Part shown: positions 9,908-19,292 of the stretch, piece by piece
How the letters are laid out: every line of letters begins with the position of its first letter
Position numbering within the stretch: the first letter of the stretch is position 1
Source of the DNA: Octopus sinensis
Taxonomy: Eukaryota
Reading direction: 5' to 3'
DNA length: 24,466 nucleotides
NCBI RefSeq assembly: GCF_006345805.1
Contig: NW_021836372.1
Coordinates: forward strand, 1 to 24,466
The notes under the pieces: model-generated
The model's input: only the letters and a program-made list of their open reading frames with translations
Database searches by the model: none
Told to the model about the DNA's origin: nothing
Program-made: the position numbers and the translations under genes

Positions 9908-10451
9908 TATACTTTAAAAATTCCTTTCCGTCGTTTTTTCAATTCAAATAGTCCACAAAGTAAAAATGGCGGCTTCAATGTCATGCGGTAGGATAAAAAA
10001 AAATCCTAACAAAAAATTTTTTTTTCAATAAAAGCCCCATATTCATGCACACTGGGATTTTTTGCTTTAATATAGTAAATATTAAATTTCTCTGTCGATA
10101 TTATTAGCATTGAAAGATTCTTTAATTTGATGAAAAAAAATTTGCAAAACAAAAAAGCTCATAGGAAAAAATCTTATAGAAAAATCATTACCAAAATGTA
10201 TACATTTTTATATTTTTATAAATAACGTAATGCAGCTTTTGCTAACTCAACTTAACGTGCCATAATGATAGGGTTAGGGTCAGGTAACGTAAGGTTAGAT
10301 TAGTTTATTTACGAAAATATAGAAAGTGTTTACATTACAAATAATTTTCCCCAGTGTTAATAGCAGCGTTAATAATAGTCTACGTACGAGTGTATCGTAT
10401 GGCAAATATAGGAATGCAGAGTTGATATAAAAGGAAAGAAAGTGTTTTTGC

Positions 10452-10690
10452 AAGCATGGCTGTGTGGTTAACGTGCTTGTGTTGAAGTTGTCGGGTTCAG
10501 TCCTACTGTATTGTTAGGGTGGCAAATGTCTTCTATTATAGCCCCGACCCCCGACCAAAACTTTGAGTGGATTTGGTAGACGGTGACTTGCTTTTGTTTT
10601 TGTCTTAGGGTTATTATTCTTTTTCTTTTGCCGATGCGATAAATTTCGGGAAAGTAGACAAACCAACGCTAGTTATCAAGTGGCGGCGAG
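10452..10690. mobile_element. Family A SINE fragments: head on plus (10452-10590), body fragment on minus (10622-10690)
   Basis: 'gcatggctgtgtggtt...gggttcagtcc...gtggatttggtagacgg' and 'ttttgccgatgcgataaatt...gttatcaagtg'. Confidence 0.6.
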
Positions 10691-10710
10691 GTTACAGACT
10701 CAATAATAAG

Positions 10711-10856
10711 TATTTCACTACTGCCCACAAGGGGCTAAACACAGAGGAGACAAACGGATTATGTCGATTACATCGACCCCAGGGCGTAACTGGTACTTAG
10801 TTTATCGACCCCGAAAGGATGAAAGGCAAAGTCGACCTCGGCGAAATTTGAACTCA
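10711..10856 (-). mobile_element. 5'-truncated family B SINE with 13-bp TSD
   Basis: ACTCAATAATAAG at 10698-10710 and 10852-10864; 5-nt microhomology (actca) with the SINE at the truncation point. Confidence 0.9.
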
Positions 10857-10944
10857 ATAATAAGGACACACGCACACACATGTCTGTGTCCTGACTGTCT
10901 GTCTGTCTGTATGTATGTATGTATGTATGTATGTATGTGTGTGT

Positions 10945-11500
10945 GTAAATATATACAGGAATAATTCACAAAAAAACAAAACAAAAGATGAAGACAGGTG
11001 GTATAGACAACAAACAGATGTATTAGTTTAACGCTCGGGAAGTGAAAAAGTCTTTAACGTTTCGAGTTTACGCTCTTCCACACAAAGGAACACAGAAAGA
11101 AATAAGGGGAGAAAAGAAAGAAACAAGGGGAGAAAATAAAGAATGTGTAGTGGCTAGCGATCTATCATGGCGAATGCCGGACAGAGGGGCCACACAAGAG
11201 AGCCAGAAAGAAGGGGAGATATTAAAGTAGTGATGACCCCAAAGCGAAGGTGCACGTGCGTGTACATAAGAAAGCATGTATGTGTGTGTGGAAGAGGGCT
11301 GGTGACCTTGACGTGTGCGTGTGTATGTAGGTGTGTGGATGTGGGGCTGGGAAGTGCTCAGTGCTAGTGTGCGCGTGGTGGTCTGATGTGATGTGGTGTG
11401 GTGTGGTGTGGTATGGTGGTGTATGGTGTAGTGGGGTGTGGTGTGATGTATTGGGAGGTGGGGGAGGCGAGAGTGTGGAATATATATATATATGAATAAC
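10945..11500. repeat. Low-complexity repeat-like segment, possibly the terminal region of a Penelope-like element
   Basis: 'aacgtttcgagtttacgctcttcc' motif followed by purine-rich and (GTGGT)n segments. The assignment rests on resemblance only. Confidence 0.3.
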
Positions 11501-11586
11501 AATAGGGTAATAAGAAATTATTATTACCAGTGGCCTTGCACAAAAAACGAATTAGTCATTAGACTATATATTATTCACATAGGAAT

Positions 11587-11849
11587 ACAATAAGAGGCTT
11601 CCAAATAGGAAAGCCTTGTGCTAGAAAGAGCAGAAGAAAAACTCAAAACCACCAAAATGGATAAATTTTCGAAAGGAATGAAAATTAAAAACGTTTACTG
11701 GAAATAGTTAGAAACCATGGTCTGGGAAATAATTGAGATGGTAAAAGTTTTTAAGTTTCACTCCTTTCGAAAATTTATCCATTTTGGTGGTTTTGAGTTT
11801 TTCTACTATTCTTTCTAGCACAAGGCTTTCCTATTTGGAAGCCTCTTAT

Positions 11850-11852
<3 letters not shown>
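11587..11852. repeat. Foldback: 106-bp inverted arms with a 54-bp spacer
   Basis: 11587-11692 versus the reverse complement of 11747-11852: 5 mismatches by manual alignment. Confidence 0.95.
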
Positions 11853-11890
<38 letters not shown>

Positions 11891-12005
11891 GTATAAACAA
11901 TAAATTACATGAAGAGATTCAATTGACAATCCAATATTTCATTTATATTATAATATAACATAATATACTATGAATATAACATGGTATTACATTAAAATAT
12001 CATGA

Positions 12006-12107
12006 AAAAACCAAAACAGCCGACAATTTGTTTCGACTTCTATACATTATTTGATTTATTAACAATTTATATTCACTTATATAAGTCTCTTCAGAGCTTT
12101 GGTTTTT
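12006..12107 (-). ncRNA. Type I hammerhead ribozyme (intact core)
   Basis: Minus: aaaaaccaaagct-CTGAAGA-gacttatata[33-nt loop]tatagaagtc-GAA-ACA aat TGT-C|ggc tgt tttggttttt. All core nucleotides are present. Stem I has 13 bp with a 3-nt bulge, stem II pairs 9 of 10, stem III has 3 bp. Predicted GUC cleavage between 12022 and 12021. Confidence 0.85.
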
Positions 12108-12359
12108 AGACAGACGAAATTCCGTGTGAAAAGACGGCTGGGTTGTAAAAAAAATAATTCAAATGCCTATGTACTATGAGCGTGAGCATTAACTTTGCAA
12201 CTACATAACAATTATAATTTAAAAAACAACCAAATTATAACGGAGAAAATTATTATGTAAATAGAATCTATAACTATCGAAATATATTCCTATATATCTA
12301 AAATAATATTGATCCAAATTCGTTTAGGTCGAAGGCAATCTTTGGTTATTATGTATATT

Positions 12360-13638
12360 CAGGTGTTGGACAAAATAATGGAAACACATAGCATCATAAC
12401 ATTATAATTTTGAAATATCTACAAAACTGTCAAAAGCTTGTTTATTTTTGTGCTTTTTTTTTATTTATTATTACCGTTGCTTAATATGTTTTGCTAAAAT
12501 TGCTGTTTCTTTTCAGATATCATCAGAAAAAGCTAATTAAAATTCATTAAAATGACACGTCTATCGGACTTTCAAAGAGGTCAAATTGTTGGTGCTGGTA
12601 TGCAGCAGCTAGCGTTACGAAAACAGTCGAAATGTTTAGTGTATCAAAAAGTACTGTCTCAAAAGTAATGACAGCCTTTGAGAAAGAGGGAAAAAACCTT
12701 GTCGAAATAAAACTCCAGAAGAAAACTAAAACTTTCAGATAAGGATTGTTGGATTCTTACATGAATTCTTAGAAAGGATCGCAAACGTACAGCTCCCAAA
12801 ATTACTGCAGAGCTTAATGGCCACCTCCAGAATCCAGTTTCCACAAAAACTGTTTGCCGAGAGCTGCACAAAGCCGGATTTCATGGGAGGGCTGCAATCA
12901 GAAAACCATTACTTTCAAAAACAAACATTTCCATGCATTAAGAGTAGAGTAAAAACCTATAGAATTAGTTTCTAGAGCAGTGAAGGAATTTTATTTTCTT
13001 GGACAAGTCATCTTTACCTTGTTTTCAACCACCAGCTGCGTATACGTGTAGAGACAACCAAAAGAAGCATTTGACCCACACTGCCTTCTTCCAACTGTTA
13101 AACATGGAGGAGGATCTTGGATGATCTGGGGTTGGGGGAGCTATATCTTGAAAATCCGCCGGACCAATGGTTTCCCCTCATGGCAGAATTAATAGTCAAC
13201 CACTATTTAAGCATTTTATCTGGTGGAATTCATCCTATGGTTGCGGAACTATTTCCTGAGGGAAATGCAATCTTTCAGAATGATAATTGCACCAATTCAC
13301 ACAGGTAAAGTCGTTACTGAATGGCACGAGGAACATTCTAGTGAAGTTGAACATCTTATCTGGCCACCACAGTCCCCAGATCTCAATATTATCGAACATT
13401 TGTAGTGCATTTTAGAAAAATAAGTCAGGAGTCGATATCCTCCACCATCATCACTACAAGAACTGGTGACTTTTAGCTGAAGAATGGACAAAATTTCCTT
13501 CGGAAACAATTCAAACTTTGTACGAGTCCATACCTCTTAGAATTCAAGCTGTAATTACTGCCAAAGGTGGTCCTACCCCATATTAAAATAAATTTGTTTG
13601 AAATTTTAAGGTGTTTCCATTATTTTATCCAATCCCTG
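12360..13638 (+). mobile_element. Tc1-family DNA transposon, full length (1279 bp), non-functional
   Basis: 28-bp TIRs CAGGTGTTGGACAAAATAATGGAAACAC (12360-12387) and 13611-13638 (3 mismatches). TA follows at 13639-13640; the left flank reads TT. Confidence 0.95.
12552..13586 (+). pseudogene. Tc1 DD34E transposase pseudogene
   Basis: MTRLSDFQRGQIVGA...PVSTKTVCRELHKAGFHGRAAIRKPLLSK...SSFTLF...PTVKHGGGS...FQNDN..PIH...WPPQSPDLNIIEHL...KGGPTPY*, with multiple stops and frameshifts. Confidence 0.95.
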
Positions 13639-13655
13639 TATCTGTGTGTGTGTGT

Positions 13656-14350
13656 AACATGTCTCGAGAAACACGGGGCCGACCTGCCCGAGATGCGGTC
13701 AGAGCGACGAAACCGTTCTGCACGCACTCATGCAGTGTCCAACAATCTCCGACCTGTGGGCTTATGTCGAACGACTGTCACGTGTGGGTTGTCTCGGTTT
13801 ATCAGCCGAGTCTATCGTTAATATCGTCACGCCTCCTTCCTTCAAACGGGAAGGAAGAGCTATTTTCATCATCCTTGTAGCTATGGCGAAAGAATGTATC
13901 TGGTGGACGCGTCTGAAAGGATTAGAGACAAACACTTTCCTCTCTGGTCAATCTCTCATCAACTTCTTCAAGTATCACTTGAAAAGGAAAGTGAGAGTAG
14001 AGAGGCAAGTTTTGTCTAGTGAATGTTTAAAAAAAGATGGGTGAATGTAGCAAGGATGGCACGTATGAATGACGAAGCCACCTTGACCATAATCCTATGA
14101 ACCCGGAAAAATTTAAAACAGAGTGTTACCTACTTGCAAACAAATGTGGTAACATGCAACATTATTGACCGAGGTTACCGTGGTCTTTTCCATAGGCTAT
14201 TCTTTCCACGGATAAACCTTATCTGCTTCCCCCTTTACACTTTACACCGTGACATTTCTGTGATACACGATCCTTATTGATCGTTTTTTCTTTTCCTTTT
14301 TTTCTTTCCCCTTTTTTTCTTTCCCTTTTACGATCCCTTTTGATCGAAAA
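13656..14350 (+). mobile_element. 5'-truncated L1/Tx1-clade LINE: ORF2 C-terminal zinc finger plus pyrimidine-rich 3' UTR
   Basis: CPRCGQSDETVLHALMQC (C-x2-C-x8-H-x4-C, 13685-13738) followed by LW...AKECIWWTR, typical of L1/Tx1 ORF2 C-termini. T/C-rich tract at 14280-14340. Confidence 0.8.
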
Positions 14351-14577
14351 CCTACCCCACTTTTTTCTATCTATGAGTGTGTTCGTTCGTTTATGTATAT
14401 ACAGGATACACAAGTTCAAGTCCTATACGCAGCCTTCGACTTGTATCCAAGGTGTTTTTAACTCAATATTTACACGCTGTTATTTATAGCTTTATCTGCT
14501 TCAAGATTGACCGTTTTCATAATTGTATGTACGTATATATGTATGTAGATAGATAGATAGATTCATATATAAACACA

Positions 14578-14630
14578 TACTCATAATTCGCATAGAATAT
14601 GTATTAAATATATATATATATATATGTATG

Positions 14631-14697
<67 letters not shown>

Positions 14698-14733
14698 TAT
14701 ATAGCATACACGTACTCATAATTCGCATAGAAT
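14578..14733. repeat. (TA)n-containing segment between perfect 21-bp direct repeats
   Basis: TACTCATAATTCGCATAGAAT at 14578-14598 and 14713-14733. Confidence 0.9.
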
Positions 14734-14855
14734 TGGCCAGATATTTTGTGAAGAGCAATTTAGAATTGCGAAATCGATAGCCAAAGTACCGTTAACCACA
14801 CATATGCTTTAACACACATGTCCATCACACATACACAAGCTCTCACGCGCACACA

Positions 14856-14888
<33 letters not shown>

Positions 14889-15019
14889 CCACACACACCT
14901 ACATACGCATATTAACCATGAAATAAGCTATTTTTCAAGATGGATAGTGAAATGAGACAGAAATAACGAGACGGAAAGCCACAAAGTGAAACCTATGATA
15001 GACAGACTGCTGGCATTCC

Positions 15020-15037
15020 TGCAGAGAGGGACAGTGA

Positions 15038-15079
<42 letters not shown>

Positions 15080-16085
15080 GAAAGATAGACTGAGAGAGGG
15101 AGAGATAAAGAAAGAGTGACAGAGAGTGTGAAAAAACATGTATAAGAAAGAGAGAGTGAGAGAGTTAGAAAGAGTTAGAGAGAGTAGAAAAGAGAGTGTG
15201 AGAGAGAGAATGAGAGCATTTGTAAGAAAGAACGAGAGAGAGAGAGTGAGTGAGTGAGAGGGTGAGACAGAGAGAGACAGAGAGTAAGGGGGCATGTAAG
15301 AAAGAGAGTGAGAGTGTGAAAGAGTGAGAGTGTGAAAGAGATAGAAACAGTGTCAAATAATGAGAGAGAGAGAGAGAGAGAGAGAATGTATGTGCGAGGA
15401 AGAGGGACTGCTTGAGAGGAAAAGGGTAAGTGTGAGAGAAAGAGTGAGAGCGTATTAAAGTGTGTGAGAGAGAGAGGGCGTGTGACAGTAAGAGTGAAAG
15501 AATGAAAGAGAGGGAGAAGGAGATGATAAGAGAAAGAGAAGAATCATAGAAGGGGAAAATAGATAAAGAGAGAGAAAATATAAGAGCGGGGGGAAATGAT
15601 AAGAAAGAAGAAAAAGAAACAAAGAGAGAGGGGGAGGGATAGAGGGGGAGAGAGAGAGAAGGATGAGAGAAGGGGAAATTAGAGGGAAAGAAAATGAGAG
15701 TGTGTGAGAGTGTATGTGTGTGTATGTGAAAGAGAGAGAGAGTTGAGAGAGAGAGAGAAGAAAAAATATGAGAAATAGAGTGAGAGAGAGAGAGAGAGAA
15801 AATATGAGAGATAGAGTGAGAGAGAGAGAGAGAAAATATGAGAGATAGAGTAAGAGAGAGAGAGAGAGAAAATATGAGAGATAGAGTAAGAGAGAGAGAG
15901 AGAAAATATGAGAGATAGAGTGAGAGATGATAACAGAAAACAGTAAGAAACAGAGAGAGAGATAGACAGAAGGATGAGAGAAGGTGAAAAATACAAGGAA
16001 AGAAACTGAGAGAGAATGAGAGAGAGAGAGGACAGACAGACAGACAGAGAGAGAGGGAGAGAGAGAGAGAGAAAGAGAGAAACCG
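15020..16085. repeat. ~1-kb purine-rich (GA)n-derived tract with an internal 34-36-bp tandem repeat
   Basis: (GA)n variants; the unit 'aaaatatgagagatagagt(g/a)(ag)n' occurs five times at ~15763-15927. The 255-aa minus ORF is its translation. Confidence 0.9.
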
Positions 16086-16634
16086 AGCTTAGGCTTTACT
16101 ATTGTCAATGATATGCCGGAATATGTATATAGTTTGTATGTATGTGGTGTGTGTGTGTGTGCTTGTGTGTGCGTGCTTGTGTGTGCTTGTGTGTGTGTGC
16201 GCAGCAAATAACCGGAAGGCATATTTTATAACTGTCTTCCAGTGATATTCATCATATTTACAAATGGACATTGAGAGCATTGTATCCATTATATTTCTAT
16301 GATGATCTATGGCCACAGATGAGGAAGATAATTAGCTATTTAAGTTAGAGAAGTTTGCCGGAGACATCACTACTATACAGCGGTAGTATTATATAAAATA
16401 CACACGCGCACACATATATATATACTATGTGGGTGTTTGTGTAATGGTAGTAGGAAAATGGTGGAATCCAAGGAAACTAGCGATATTCTGCGACAACAAA
16501 TATTAATACAGTCTGTTCAAATAGTTGGAATGAAGTTTGTACCGTGAAGAAGAAGAGAAGCGAAGCGAGCGTTTCCGGTAGAACAAACTCATCGAAGAAT
16601 TCTACCAAGCCAGCCGATCTCTAATAATAATATA

Positions 16635-16674
<40 letters not shown>

Positions 16675-16710
16675 TGATGATAATAATAGTTTCAAATTAT
16701 ATCCAGCTTG

Positions 16711-17528
16711 TTCTAAATTTGGTAGAAAGCCAGGAATATAGAGCGGCGAGCTGGCAGAAACGTTAGCACGCCGGACGAAACGCTTAGCAGTATTTCGTCT
16801 GCCGTTACGTTCTGAGTTCAAATTCCGCCGAGGTCGACTTTGCTTTTCATCCTTTCGGGGTCGATAAATTAAGTACCAGTTACGCTCTGGGGTCGATATA
16901 ATCGACTTAATCCGTTTTTCTGTCCTTGTTCGTCCCTTCCCTTCTGTGTTTGGCCCCTTGTGGGTAATAAAGAAATAGGTATTTCGTCTGCCGTTACGTT
17001 CTGAGTTCAAATTCCGCCGAGGTCGACTTTGCCTTTCATCCTTTCGGGGTCCATAAATTAAGTACCAGTTACGCTCTGGGGTCGATGTAATTGACTTAAT
17101 CCCTTTGTCTGTCCTTGCTAGCCCCCTCTATGTTTGGCCCCTTGTGGGTAGTAAAGAAATAGGTATTTTGTCTGCCGCTACGTTCTGAGTTCAAATTCCG
17201 CCGAGGTCGACTTTGCCTTTCATCCTTTCGGGGTCGATTAAATAAGTACCAGTTACGCACTGGATTCGATGTAATCGATTTAATCCCTTTGTCTGTCCTT
17301 GTTTGTTCTCTCTGAGTTTAGCCCCTTGTGGGTAGTAAAGAAATAGGTAGAAAGCCAGGAGTATTAGGGGGAGGGAGTAAATCGTGTACAGCATTCTCAA
17401 TACTTGATTAGTAATATTTTACCGACCCTGAAAGAGTCAAAGGTAAAATCGAGCTTGGCTGGATTTGAACTCAGAAATTAATGATCCGGAGGAAATGCTA
17501 CTAATCATTTTGTGCAAGTAATTCGGCT
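16711..17528 (-). mobile_element. Old family B' SINE, split by the B trimer insertion
   Basis: Removing 16736-17360 rejoins 'ttctaaatttggtagaaagccaggagtattagggggagggagtaaatcg...accgaccctgaaagagtcaaaggtaaaatcgagcttggctggatttgaactcagaa', collinear with the B' copy at 5813-5974. Confidence 0.7.
16742..17346 (+). mobile_element. Family B SINE trimer (one full unit plus two 184-bp headless units) with 15-bp TSD
   Basis: Units 16742-16978, 16979-17162 and 17163-17346; GGTAGAAAGCCAGGA at 16721-16735 and 17346-17360. Confidence 0.92.
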
Positions 17529-17594
17529 AACTCATCGCTTTCCACCGCTCTATAATAATAATTATTATTTCTTTCTATTTATGTATCTATTTAT

Positions 17595-17813
17595 GTGTGT
17601 GTGCGGGGGGGTGTCTGTGTTTGTCTCCCTCCGCCATCGCTTGACAACCCATGCTGGTGTGCTTATGTCCCCGTACTTAGCGGTTCGACAAAAGAGAATA
17701 AGTACTAAGTTTACAAAGAAGACGTCCTGGGGTCAATTTATTTCACTAAAACCCTTCAGGGTGGTGCTCCAGCATGGCTGTAGTAAAATGACTGAAACAA
17801 TAAAAGAATATAA
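17595..17813 (+). mobile_element. Family A SINE, 3' half
   Basis: 'gtgtctgtgtttgtc...catcgcttgacaacc...ggtggtgctccagcatggc...gaaacaataaaaga'. Confidence 0.85.
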
Positions 17814-17852
<39 letters not shown>

Positions 17853-18080
17853 AATAAGAAAATGGAGGAACAAATTCATTTCGATCATCACTTACGGCTA
17901 TTACAATTTCATATTATTTATTAATTATACAAATAGAACATGGAATTGAACAAAATAATATACATCAATATGCAAATTAATAGTAAATAGAAATAATACA
18001 AATAAACTGCTCCTTAACAGCTGTTTCAGCCTATTGGTCAAGAGACAAACCCCTATCTTACTTTGTACTATATATATACA

Positions 18081-18130
<50 letters not shown>

Positions 18131-18155
18131 ATATATATTATATATATATATATAT

Positions 18156-18526
18156 ACGAGCAAAACGTACCCCCGTCCAATGGACGGCGCTGAGTTGTCA
18201 AACATTTAAACCAAATTTTCTCAAAACAACTTGTCCGACCGTCCCATAGGCCTACCCTTTGAGAAACACTGATTTAGCCTAAATTTGAGACACCAGCAAA
18301 AAAAGAAATAAAGATAGATTTTTTTCTATTCTAAAGAAAAACGATTTTATTCACTTTATCGATCGCACTCTCACACGGAATCGATTTTTGTAATTTTTTC
18401 AAGACTTATACATGCTCTGATACCGTCGGTGTCTACGTATCAAATTTGAGCGCAATCAGATGGAGGATGCCCGAGATCATAGAAGACACACACACACACA
18501 GTCAGAACGGATTTTATATAATAGAT
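18156..18526 (+). mobile_element. Non-autonomous Helitron/Helentron-like element (DINE-1/HINE-type MITE)
   Basis: 5' 'acgagcaaaacgtacc' with a subterminal hairpin CCGTCC-aat-GGACGG (18173-18187); 3' 'caaatttgagcgcaatcag...(ca)n-cagtcagaacggattttatataatagat'; lies between microsatellites. The architecture is typical of DINE-1/HINE-like elements; the family assignment is inferred. Confidence 0.55.
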
Positions 18527-18545
18527 ATATATATGAAGAGAGGGG

Positions 18546-18612
<67 letters not shown>

Positions 18613-18672
18613 GGATAGATAGAAGATAGATAGATAGATAGATAGATAGAGTAGATAGATAGATAGAGGATG

Positions 18673-18756
<84 letters not shown>

Positions 18757-18779
18757 TGGATCGATTAGATAGATAGATG

Positions 18780-18830
<51 letters not shown>

Positions 18831-18842
18831 CGATCGATCGAT
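18527..18842. repeat. (GATA)n microsatellite with (TA)/(GA) interruptions
   Basis: Seen directly. Confidence 0.95.
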
Positions 18843-18894
18843 GGGATTGGACAAATATAATGGAAACACCATTTTTTTAATTTAAATATTTTCT

Positions 18895-18951
18895 CTAAAG
18901 GTGGTGCTCCAGCATGGCCACTATCAAATGGCTAAAATTAGTTAAAGAATA
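18895..18951 (+). mobile_element. Family A SINE 3'-tail fragment
   Basis: 'ctaaaggtggtgctccagcatggccactatcaaatggctaaaattagttaaagaata'. Confidence 0.7.
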
Positions 18952-19292
18952 GCCACATGACAAATTGATAACTGTTCATACGCTTTACGTATCCTTTGTA
19001 CTTAATGATATAGCACTCTGGAATTCTCTTTTGGTGGTGTTGAGCGGAGCGTTGTAGATATTGATGTTTAAATACGTAATAAGATGCATTGTGAAGCTCG
19101 GTGGGGAGGATAAAGCTTCAGTCATTAAAACTATTGAATTGTTTAATGTTTCGTGAGGTATAGAGAGTCTAACATCATGTTGGCCATTTGAAACCAAGAG
19201 AAAAAGCAGCTCTGGTTTAGCATAAGTCAGGACGAAAGACAAAGCTCGTAGAGTGGGACCGCAGAATAGTGAAACGTCTTGTACGTAGAAAC

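Noticed and set aside
11055-11092. Hammerhead-like 'ggaagagcgtaaactcgaaacg' on minus
   Set aside because: It lacks CUGA, and the only stem II pairing uses the G8/A9 core positions.
13478-13512. CTGAAGA...GAAAC inside the Tc1 ORF (similar hits at ~4050, ~12520, ~19843)
   Set aside because: No stem II or stem I pairing; these are chance matches within transposase sequence.
15455-16222. Longest ORF (255 aa, Leu/Ser-rich, hydrophobic)
   Set aside because: It is the reverse complement of a (GA)n tract.
16742-17346. Regular ~184-bp repeats as a CRISPR-like array
   Set aside because: The units are whole SINE bodies with no unique spacers, in a eukaryotic context.
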